Virus record (IMG/VR): IMGVR_UViG_3300009103_001660 | Span: 59,212-123,211 of that record | DNA from: a virus | DNA: 64,000 bases | Reading direction: 5' to 3' (one strand) | Part shown: in pieces, positions 49,388 through 57,276 of the stretch | Numbering within the stretch: the stretch's first letter is position 1 | Layout: each line of letters opens with the position of its first letter | Position numbers and translations under genes: made by a program | The notes under the pieces: model-generated | The model's database searches: none | What the model was told of the DNA's origin: nothing | Seen by the model: the letters and a program-made list of their open reading frames with translations, nothing else

Positions 49388-49900
49388 TTACAGCTTAAAG
49401 AATTTATGATTGCCGATTATTTTTGTAACCTTCCCTTTTCTTGTCCAATAGTTATTGATTTCTTTTCTACAATAGTGATTTGCGTGACCAGTAAATTTTT
49501 GATCTAAAGGCTTACCCTTACAAATTGCCCTTGCTAGTTCTCTAGCATACATCATAGACTTCGACTTCCACAGATAATATAGCTCACTCTCTTTTTTAAT
49601 CTTACCCTTCCCAGCATTCCAAATGCTGAACTGATAAGGTTGATGACACACCTTTGCTGGCGTGAGGTTACGCTCTGACGCACGTTTTTGAATTACACAC
49701 CCCACGGCATACATTCCACGTTTTCCTTCACCACGAGCCTCTCCTAATATAGTAAGCGCAACGATACGCTCATCTCTCGTCAACACCTCGTCAGCAAATA
49801 CTTGCGTCAAGCAAAGCATATAAATAACACACAATAGGCCGAAGCTAATACTAATTCCGTTTTTCATTTTGTTTAATTTGATAATTTGATATTGATTCAA
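49388..49900 (-). CDS. SleB-like cell-wall hydrolase (Hydrolase_2)
   Basis: N-terminal hydrophobic segment; VALTILGEARGE, AVGCVIQKR, VCHQPYQFS.WN, IGNHKF motifs. Confidence 0.88.
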   Translation of the reverse strand: MNQYQIIKLNKMKNGISISFGLLCVIYMLCLTQVFADEVLTRDERIVALTILGEARGEGKRGMYAVGCVIQKRASERNLTPAKVCHQPYQFSIWNAGKGKIKKESELYYLWKSKSMMYARELARAICKGKPLDQKFTGHANHYCRKEINNYWTRKGKVTKIIGNHKFFKL

Positions 49901-49986
49901 TTAACTCCACACTCACAACTAAAAGAAGGAGGAAGGGTAAAAGAAATGTTATTCCGAAATAAGAGATTAAAAATAGTATACTCATT

Positions 49987-50247
49987 TTAGTATGGCATCG
50001 AATAGGGGTATATATCTGCGGCGTTTTCAGACATCACATCTTCAACAGTATAATTAACATGATTGTTAAATACTTGCTCGCGTCTCTCTCCATCCTCTGG
50101 TGCGACAAAAGCTAAATCATCTCGACAAGTCTCCCAATCTTCACGGTAAGGATAGTCTGGTAAGTCGCTGGTGGTACACCCGATTTCTGAATCAAGTCGT
50201 TCGTCTAATTCAATAATGAAGTCTTTGAATGTATATGTTGTTTTCAT
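49987..50247 (-). CDS. Small acidic protein
   Basis: ORF downstream of the RNA array, with promoter-like TTGACA upstream. Confidence 0.6.
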   Translation of the reverse strand: MKTTYTFKDFIIELDERLDSEIGCTTSDLPDYPYREDWETCRDDLAFVAPEDGERREQVFNNHVNYTVEDVMSENAADIYPYSMPY

Positions 50248-50289
50248 CTTTTTTAATAGTAACTCGTAACCAAGTTTATGTCAATTAAA

Positions 50290-50945
50290 AAAAGTGTCCG
50301 TTACGCCACTACGGATAAACTGTAAGATGTCTTACCATCCCTGTCCCCGAAGGGCTATGGAGGCGTTGTACTCAGCACCTAGCATCCGTGGCCTGTAATC
50401 CAGCACCACGAAATAAATGTAACAATCAAGTGGTGAGCGTCATACGTCAAGTCAATGGGGTGTCAATTCACCTCTGCACGTTACAAACAACTTTGTTGCC
50501 GCCGTCACAGACACGTCATCGGAGCAGTCACCTACCGACATTCTTTTTCTGACTGTTACAAAATTAATGGGTAGTAGGATTGCTGCATTACCTACAAGAC
50601 CAGTGCACAATACAGTTCAAGTTTACCGATCTACTAACACTACGCAAGTCATACGATTGCACTCTCTCACGTAGCCCTATGCCTTTCCCCTTATGATGGA
50701 GGGATATTCAGCCATACCCTTTGTCCAACCGTCGTCGGACAAAATTGTTTAAAAAGAGCGGGTGAAATCCTTCGTGTTTCACGAATAGAATTGCTAGACT
50801 GTTATATGCATCTGTGCGACGCTAACACCGCTCTAATTTGTTGTTCCCCTACTTTGTCACGCTGTCTCGCTCATGGCCTGTAACCCAGCACCATCTCATT
50901 CCGCTCAAGCGTAGTGTTTTCAGAGAACTAAATTGTCTCAAAGAA
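50290..50945 (-). ncRNA. Putative multi-domain structured non-coding RNA array
   Basis: No minus-strand ORF in the track; nested closing stems with G-U pairs on minus strand; UUCG tetraloop; repeated hairpin; promoter TTGAAC-N17-TAATAT upstream; terminator downstream. Confidence 0.75.
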
Positions 50946-51053
50946 CTGTTTATATATTACAGCATTACCTTGTGCTGTTCAAGTCTTTTTTTTAAAAAAG
51001 TGCCCGTGGAGGGTAAAACAACCAAAACCCCGCCACGGGCTGTGTCAAGGAAA

Positions 51054-51299
51054 CTAACTCGCGCCCACTACACCCACTTGTGGGAGTGTAAATTGCATCC
51101 GTTTGTTGTCCCCCAAATAGGAAGTACATTCCTCGTTACTCGCTAGACGCAAATCTTTTGTTTGTACGTCCCGTGTGTTTTCTTTGTGGTGTTTAGTCCA
51201 CACTCGACGAGTGTTGACTGTCCCTAATACTCGCTCGACTCGTTGCCGTTGGCTGTTGAAATAAAGCGAACCGTTTTTGATTTTGTTTGTGTTCGTCAT
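51054..51299 (-). CDS. Small hypothetical protein
   Basis: ORF with upstream promoter-like TTGTGT...TATAT. Confidence 0.6.
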   Translation of the reverse strand: MTNTNKIKNGSLYFNSQRQRVERVLGTVNTRRVWTKHHKENTRDVQTKDLRLASNEECTSYLGDNKRMQFTLPQVGVVGAS

Positions 51300-51408
51300 C
51301 GTTTATATATAATAAGGGATTACCAAAAGCGACACAAGCTTTTTTTTAAAAAAAGTACTTGGCATGAAATCGGCTGCCCACTTGCGTAAAGTGTTGCAAT
51401 ACAATAGT

Positions 51409-51612
51409 TTAGCTCTCGACAACCTCAAGTCTGCCAACACTATTGCCATTGATGTCTCGACACCCTATCATGTCACCCACCCTATCGCAAGACACACCAG
51501 CAACTTGCCCTTCAATGTTATCCGCAAGAACTTTTAAAATCCGTGCTAGTTCTGCACTTGGATGCTGCACGAATGCATCGTTATCCATTTGTATGTTTAT
51601 TGTAGCCTTCAT
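51409..51612 (-). CDS. Small conserved-type phage protein
   Basis: IQMDNDAF...ELARIL...RDINGNSVG pattern. Confidence 0.65.
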   Translation of the reverse strand: MKATINIQMDNDAFVQHPSAELARILKVLADNIEGQVAGVSCDRVGDMIGCRDINGNSVGRLEVVES

Positions 51613-51728
51613 AGTTAAATAGGTTTTATCTGTTAGGTTTATAGAGTAATGCGAACATTATTCCAATTAAAAAAAATACGTATAGCTCAATAGGACATCA
51701 CCACCTTTCTTATAGTATAGAGAAATAC

Positions 51729-52484
51729 CTAAACGGCGGCAAGCCTTTTTTGTTTGTTGATAGCTGACAGTGCCGCGCTCGCCGTGCTGCCCTTGGGCTG
51801 TGTACCATGAATGAGCAACGCAAAGTTTTCCTTTCCAAATGCTGCGTGTGTGTCGTCGTGGTCTATCTCTAAACCTTTTTCCTCTGCCTCTGCCTCACTG
51901 TAAACAACAAGAGCCTCTTTCCATCCGTGTAAATCAATTAGTTCGTCATACTTACCACCACGGGAAGCGGTCAACACAAGGTTTTCGGGTAGAGCAAACT
52001 GTCTAAACAAATGTAAAGATTTGGAATAAGAATAAAAAATCTTATCAGGGTTGCGCCTTGCGACTTCAATCCACGCTTGTAAATACTCTTTTGTAAAATA
52101 GTCACCACCGACATGGACACGCATGATGTCAAACTTTTTCGGCAAACTCTTGTGAATCAAATCGGCTGTGTGTGGACTGTTTTCAAATCCTGCTTTTTCA
52201 TCTTGAATAAGCGCGGCGCGTAATAGTTCAAAATTGTGCCACACCATGTTACGCAATGACGGATAGGTTGCCTCTGCACTAGCGGCAAAGCAACGAAACT
52301 CTGTGTCAGGCCCATCTTTAATCTTTCCCGTTTCACGATTAGCACGCGACAAGCAATCTTTAGCCCCTGGACAAGTGTGTCCCGCTGGGAGTGTGAATGT
52401 CTTTAGAGTAAGGCCAAGCTTTTTAATTAGTTTTTTTAGTTTGGAATTAGGATTGCCAAATCTGAGTAGGTTGTCGTTTTTCAT
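51729..52484 (-). CDS. Gp88-like protein
   Basis: FTLPAGHTCPGAKDC...CFA...RVHVGGDYF...W...ARRNP...FYSYSK. Confidence 0.8.
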   Translation of the reverse strand: MKNDNLLRFGNPNSKLKKLIKKLGLTLKTFTLPAGHTCPGAKDCLSRANRETGKIKDGPDTEFRCFAASAEATYPSLRNMVWHNFELLRAALIQDEKAGFENSPHTADLIHKSLPKKFDIMRVHVGGDYFTKEYLQAWIEVARRNPDKIFYSYSKSLHLFRQFALPENLVLTASRGGKYDELIDLHGWKEALVVYSEAEAEEKGLEIDHDDTHAAFGKENFALLIHGTQPKGSTASAALSAINKQKRLAAV

Positions 52485-52611
52485 CTGTTCTAATTATGAC
52501 AGGTTTCCCAATTCAACACAAGCTTTTTTTTAGTTTTTTTAGGATGCACTTTGGCATGAAATCGGCTGCACACATCCCTAAAGTGTTGCAAGTCAATAGT
52601 TTAAATTAATG

Positions 52612-52642
52612 CAAAAAAAATCCCCCGCTTTCGCGGGGGTTA
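52612..52642 (-). terminator. Intrinsic terminator after DUF932 gene
   Basis: CCCCCGC-TTTC-GCGGGGG stem with U tract on minus strand. Confidence 0.8.
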
Positions 52643-52718
52643 TGGTTTGGAGGATAAACCGCTTGGCCCATAATACACGGTCACCAGTGGCGAATATCTT
52701 TTACTCCGATTTACTGAA

Positions 52719-53609
52719 CTACTCGGCGACTGTTACCGCTTCGTCTTCTATAGGCTCGACCAGTTCGGCGAGTCGTGACGGAGTGGTAGCTGCACCGCGC
52801 AACGTTTGATACCAACGACCATTCAATTCAAGACTGCGAGCGTGACCACGATATTGGTGAGTCAAATACTCGGTTCCAGCATTGTAAAGGTTGAAAAGGT
52901 TGCGATCCTCATCCTCTGAACGGGAAGGCGCATTCCACAAGCTGACAATACCCTCGCGGATACGCTTTGAAATAACCTTCTCATCTTGGAGATGGTTGAG
53001 AATAAACTGACCCTGAGCTTGCGTCAGGTCGTGACCGTAAAGCGGTTGAATATGCTCTACTGCATTGTCAAACCTCGCGATAATGTTCTTGAGACCCGCT
53101 GTTACAAACTCAAGGCTCAAGTCAGAACCGCAATGCTTTTTAGTCATCCCTTCTTCTTCTGAAGTTGTGACCATACCGTTCAAACAAGCAAGGCGTAAGA
53201 TACCCAGCAACCAGTTCAAACGCAAAACACCGTCAAAAGAGTTTTGAATCGATAGGCGCATACCCATCTGCATTCCCTTCGTGCGGTCTTCGCGCCGTAC
53301 CTCGTTGGTATGGTCGTTGAAGTCGTAAACACCTCTAAACTGACGACCACCATCGTAAACGTAAAACTTACGCTTGCTCCACTTTAAACCCAACGCTTTG
53401 AAAGCGTCTTCGGCAACGTTGATCACGTCGTCATTATTGTAGAGCTTGTAACGCTTGCTGCACGTTCCAATCGGTTTGCCCGTCTTCTCATTGATGTTTA
53501 CAAATTGATCTGGAATTAAGATGCGGTCGCCGCTTGGTAGGGTTGCCTCCATCGGGCGTTGGATTACGGTGTAGTGAGGGTCGTTGGTTTCTTTTATGAT
53601 TTTTGGCAT
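52719..53609 (-). CDS. DUF932/DUF945-family protein
   Basis: IQNSFDG...RLACLNGMV...KKH; NLFNLYNAGTEYLTH motifs. Confidence 0.85.
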   Translation of the reverse strand: MPKIIKETNDPHYTVIQRPMEATLPSGDRILIPDQFVNINEKTGKPIGTCSKRYKLYNNDDVINVAEDAFKALGLKWSKRKFYVYDGGRQFRGVYDFNDHTNEVRREDRTKGMQMGMRLSIQNSFDGVLRLNWLLGILRLACLNGMVTTSEEEGMTKKHCGSDLSLEFVTAGLKNIIARFDNAVEHIQPLYGHDLTQAQGQFILNHLQDEKVISKRIREGIVSLWNAPSRSEDEDRNLFNLYNAGTEYLTHQYRGHARSLELNGRWYQTLRGAATTPSRLAELVEPIEDEAVTVAE

Positions 53610-53945
53610 ATCGTTTTTAGTAGTTCGTTGTTATCTCTTAACTGTTCTTAGTATCTCATACTACCCTTTTCTAAACAAGAAAAAACCTGGTGCACATGAA
53701 AGTTTTTTTAGTTCTTTTAGTGTTGACACTTCGAGGGATGTCGGCGGGGGAGTCAAGCATAAAGTGTTGAAAAACAAGGCTCAAATGAAGTTTCTTAAAA
53801 TCAATGAATTTCACATCGGAGAAAACTAGGGTAAACAAGAAATAATTTGAACAGTCAGCCCACAAAAACAAGGCTATGATGAAAAACAATTAAGCTAATT
53901 AAAGCCAATCAATTAGGGTAATTAGACGATCAATAAAGACATATT

Positions 53946-54030
53946 GTGAGCAGCAAAAATCTTTGTCGATCATTCGTGAGCGGCAAAATATTTTGACAAT
54001 CAAAAATCTTAATTAGTGAGCGACAACATC
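53946..54030 (+). repeat. Three GTGAGCRRCAA direct repeats in a long AT-rich intergenic region
   Basis: At 53946, 53976 and 54016. Confidence 0.65.
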
Positions 54031-54291
54031 GGGTAATCTAATTCGACCCATATTTTATTCGCTGACTTTATTCAAGCCCTCTTTATTTAACAGATAACCT
54101 CTTTGAAGTTAGTCTTATTTTGGTCGATATTGTTCTCAATCCTTATTTATATTTTACACTGATATCTTCAATATTTCAACTAGTTTTTATTTAAGCCAAA
54201 TATTTGAAGCATCCCAATTACCATACCAAGTGTAACCACAAGGCCCATGTATATTAAGGCCAATGAAATAATGTATGCCATTTCAAAAAAT

Positions 54292-54633
54292 TTAAACATA
54301 ACCTAATTTATATTCCCATTTTAAAAAGTCTAATATATCCATTATATTTAGTGCTGGAGTTTCAAGTTTCTTATTCATGTAAACAGAACCAACAAGATGT
54401 GTTTTCTTATTTAATATTAAATCATATTCCGTCTCGCCATAATCAATCTTTATTATGCCCAAAACCAAATGAATAATAATATTTACCTCCTCTCCCTCCT
54501 GGTTCTCCCCCACACAATGCCATTCTATCTTATTTAAGACTCCCGTATTCATCTTATAGGCACATCCTATTTTGAACTTACCCACTAGCTTCTCGTAGTC
54601 GTTCGAAGGCTTGATGACTTTCTTATTTTCCAT
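54292..54633 (-). CDS. Hypothetical protein
   Basis: GTGTA motif 10 nt upstream. Confidence 0.55.
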   Translation of the reverse strand: MENKKVIKPSNDYEKLVGKFKIGCAYKMNTGVLNKIEWHCVGENQEGEEVNIIIHLVLGIIKIDYGETEYDLILNKKTHLVGSVYMNKKLETPALNIMDILDFLKWEYKLGYV

Positions 54634-54756
54634 GACACTTATTTACACCCAAAAAAAAAGCAGGGCAACAATACCTACATGGAATTACGCGGCTGGCTCT
54701 CTCTGCCTGTGCGACCAATGCTTGTCGTCCTACTTTCTAAATAATACACTAATACC

Positions 54757-55716
54757 CTACTCCGAGTCAAGTTCTTTCAGATATTTTTGACCCTTTTGAG
54801 TGAGTGTGCGTCCCTCTGGTTTAATTGAGATAAGCCCCAGCTTGGTCGGAAACAGTTCGTAGTCTGCTTGAATACTACGTCTGCTCAAGCCCGTGATAGC
54901 AACCAGTTCAGTAAGGCGAGTAGCTTTCTTCTTCTTTAGAATGCGAAGCAAGTTAATCTCTCCATTGGACAGCCCGAAGGGAATGATACCCAATGTGTCG
55001 CGCAACTCTTTCCACGCTTCCATAGTAAACTTCTTCTTGCTGTTCTGGTCGAGATACTGCTTGACCTTAACAGCCATTTTTTGTGCAGCGCGAGCATTAC
55101 CACGAAGGGTCTTTGCCACTTCATACAACGCCTCATCATCAACCGCATAATCCTCAAGACCCAGCATCATAATTTCACCGAGATGATTAATCTCATATTC
55201 CTCTAGGTCGATACGCTCCATTCTATCCATGAGCGCATGAAAGATGCTCTGTCCCTCTGTCGTAGCGAACATAAACGACTGACGAGAGAAATCAAACTCA
55301 AAGTTGAAATCCTCATAGCTAAATTCGTTTCGATTACGAGGGTTAGGATTTAGAATAGTAAGCAATGCCATTCCAACATCACGGGGAATCTCTGATGCCT
55401 CATCAAAGAGAACGGTGCAATCCTTTTGGTGGATGTGAGGTAATACAAATGAATTAAAAAACTGATTAAGGTTCTTCAACCCCGCGCAGTTCAGTGTGAT
55501 TAGGCGTTTGGGAGTGCCATCACCATTTGCCAAGTTGCGAGCGAACGCTTCTGCCATCGTGGTCTTGCCACATCCGCGAGGTGCGGTAAACATCAGATGG
55601 GGAACGATACTGTTCGCCTTGTGACCGTCAATATAAAAGGAGAGCGCACGTTTGACGCTATCCTGTCCGATTATGTTCGGGAAGTAGGTTTTAATTTTTT
55701 CCATTTCTTTTACCAA
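54757..55716 (-). CDS. ruvB: RuvB-like AAA+ Holliday-junction branch-migration ATPase
   Basis: IIGQ, HLMFTAPRGCGKTT, LFDEA, ATT, LMDR, RGNAR sensor II, C-terminal winged helix ending PEGRTLT. Confidence 0.8.
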   Translation of the reverse strand: MVKEMEKIKTYFPNIIGQDSVKRALSFYIDGHKANSIVPHLMFTAPRGCGKTTMAEAFARNLANGDGTPKRLITLNCAGLKNLNQFFNSFVLPHIHQKDCTVLFDEASEIPRDVGMALLTILNPNPRNRNEFSYEDFNFEFDFSRQSFMFATTEGQSIFHALMDRMERIDLEEYEINHLGEIMMLGLEDYAVDDEALYEVAKTLRGNARAAQKMAVKVKQYLDQNSKKKFTMEAWKELRDTLGIIPFGLSNGEINLLRILKKKKATRLTELVAITGLSRRSIQADYELFPTKLGLISIKPEGRTLTQKGQKYLKELDSE

Positions 55717-56295
55717 TCTTGAATATCAATTTGTAAAGAGGCAGTATCATCATTATCCTCTTTTACCTGTTTTGGTGCAACATTAATCGGCATTGCTTCA
55801 GTCGGAAAGAACATATTGCTCCCTGCCACTGTCTTAACTGGTTGTCCTTCTATCCCCGCACTTGCGGCATACTTACTTGATAGAACAACCATGTCATTAT
55901 CACCAATTTGTTGCTTCAGTTCAGACCCAAGTACCATTACAAATGAATATGAGCCTTTTTTTCTACCTGTTTTCTTTCTCGCTGCCATCTTCTAATTCTA
56001 TCAAATCACCCAAACCGAGTCAACTAAAAAAACTAAAAAAAAAGCCCCCTAAAACTGGGGGCAAATTAACTTATATTTTTTTATATTTTTAGAATGGTAT
56101 ATTAGGATCACTTCCAGAGGGTACAGCGTGCATCTCATCGTACCACCTTTCAGCTAATAGTATAGCTTCTTTTGTTGCATCATCAGCGTGTCTACCGAAG
56201 GGTTCCTCAATGATAATGTTTCTTTTCCATTCAGAATAACCATTTACAGTTTGATTCCATGCTTTCTCATACAGCTTTGCTAATTCAGATGGCAT
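55710..56295 (-). other. Two small ORFs (55710..55988, 56089..56295)
   Basis: Minus-strand ORFs with a hairpin terminator at ~56043-56066 between them. Confidence 0.55.
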
Positions 56296-56535
56296 ATATT
56301 TTCCTTTATTTTAATCCAATCTAAATAATTTATTTTTAATCTAAATAAACTAAAATAAATTTCTATTTGCTAAAAAAACTAAAAAATATTCATTCTAGCC
56401 GCCCTTATTTAGGGCTTATTTATCCTGGATATTGTTGCATATTGATTACACTATAATTTTCTCATCTTTCCATAACTAAAACAAGTAAATTTTTATATTT
56501 TTTTATTTAATTGAAATAAAGCCCCATGCCCTTGC

Positions 56536-56621
56536 GGTTATTTAAGGCTGAAAATGCTGGAGGCTGGTTATTTAGGCATAAAAATGCTGGATACTATATT
56601 TAAGCTCAAAAAATCCTGGAG
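56536..56621. repeat. Three tandem ~30-bp direct repeats
   Basis: GGTTATTTAAGGCTGAAAATGCTGGA / GGTTATTTAGGCATAAAAATGCTGGA / TATTTAAGCTCAAAAAATCCTGGA. Confidence 0.75.
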
Positions 56622-56627
56622 ATGAAT

Positions 56628-56882
56628 TTACTTTTCAATTCTTCTATAATTTTTATTCCATATTACTCTTGTCATTTCATTAGCAGTATCATGTACCCTT
56701 TTTTCACTCCATGTAGGTGCAAAACAGTGCAACATTTCATGTATTAATGTATCTAAATAATCTTTACTCTCTTGTCTTTCTTCTACTTCTATTGTCATCT
56801 CTCCAGAATAAGCTAAACCATAGGCTTTTTCTCTACCTAATTTTTTTTCAATAACTTTAATTTTTTTTCTTGGTCTTGCCAC
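56628..56882 (-). CDS. Small zincin-like (HExxH) protein
   Basis: TLIHEMLH motif. Confidence 0.7.
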   Translation of the reverse strand: MARPRKKIKVIEKKLGREKAYGLAYSGEMTIEVEERQESKDYLDTLIHEMLHCFAPTWSEKRVHDTANEMTRVIWNKNYRRIEK

Positions 56883-57247
56883 ATAATTATATACACCTTA
56901 TGCCCAATTTTGTTTGCTGCTAAAAAATATAAAAATTTATTGACAGAAATATAAAAGTCGCGCAGCACCAATCCCATCTAAAAAAACTAATTAATTAGAT
57001 GATAATGTATGTCTTATATTACTGTGGATAGGTATATTGCTAACCCCCAGAGGAACCAATTATCCTGTTTTTTGATGTTATTCTCTAAACTAGAGCGGGT
57101 TTCTATGAAAATAGCTCTATATGAAAAATATATTAAGCCTATTATTAGTGCTATGAAGAATATCATTTATGTGTCTTTCGTTACAGTGTTCGTTATATGT
57201 TAATAGGTTCATAATTATATGCTTTTGTATGCTAAATAGGAGGAGAA

Positions 57248-57271
57248 TGGGGCAAAGTGGGGGATAGTGGG
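57248..57271 (+). promoter_or_regulatory. Triple TGGG box with 10-bp period (MraZ-operator-like)
   Basis: TGGG at 57248, 57258 and 57268. Confidence 0.55.
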
Positions 57272-57276
57272 ATAAA

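Larger units (their letters stand above)
43116..52583. repeat. Eight dispersed ~33-bp dyad elements centred on GCWGC
   Basis: Arms start at 43116, 45238, 47683, 51359, 52551; cores at 44358, 46068, 49290. Confidence 0.8.

Noticed and set aside
50570-50620. Twister, pistol or hammerhead ribozyme in the RNA array (UAAUGCAGC, CGUGGU...GCCACG)
   Set aside because: Only fragments resemble the consensus; the required pseudoknot partners and catalytic residues could not be placed
56536-56621. Mini CRISPR array
   Set aside because: The period is ~30 bp with only a few variable bases; no spacer-length unique segments; no cas genes
57009-57203. Plus-strand 64-aa ORF
   Set aside because: Low-complexity AT-rich intergenic sequence with no motif support
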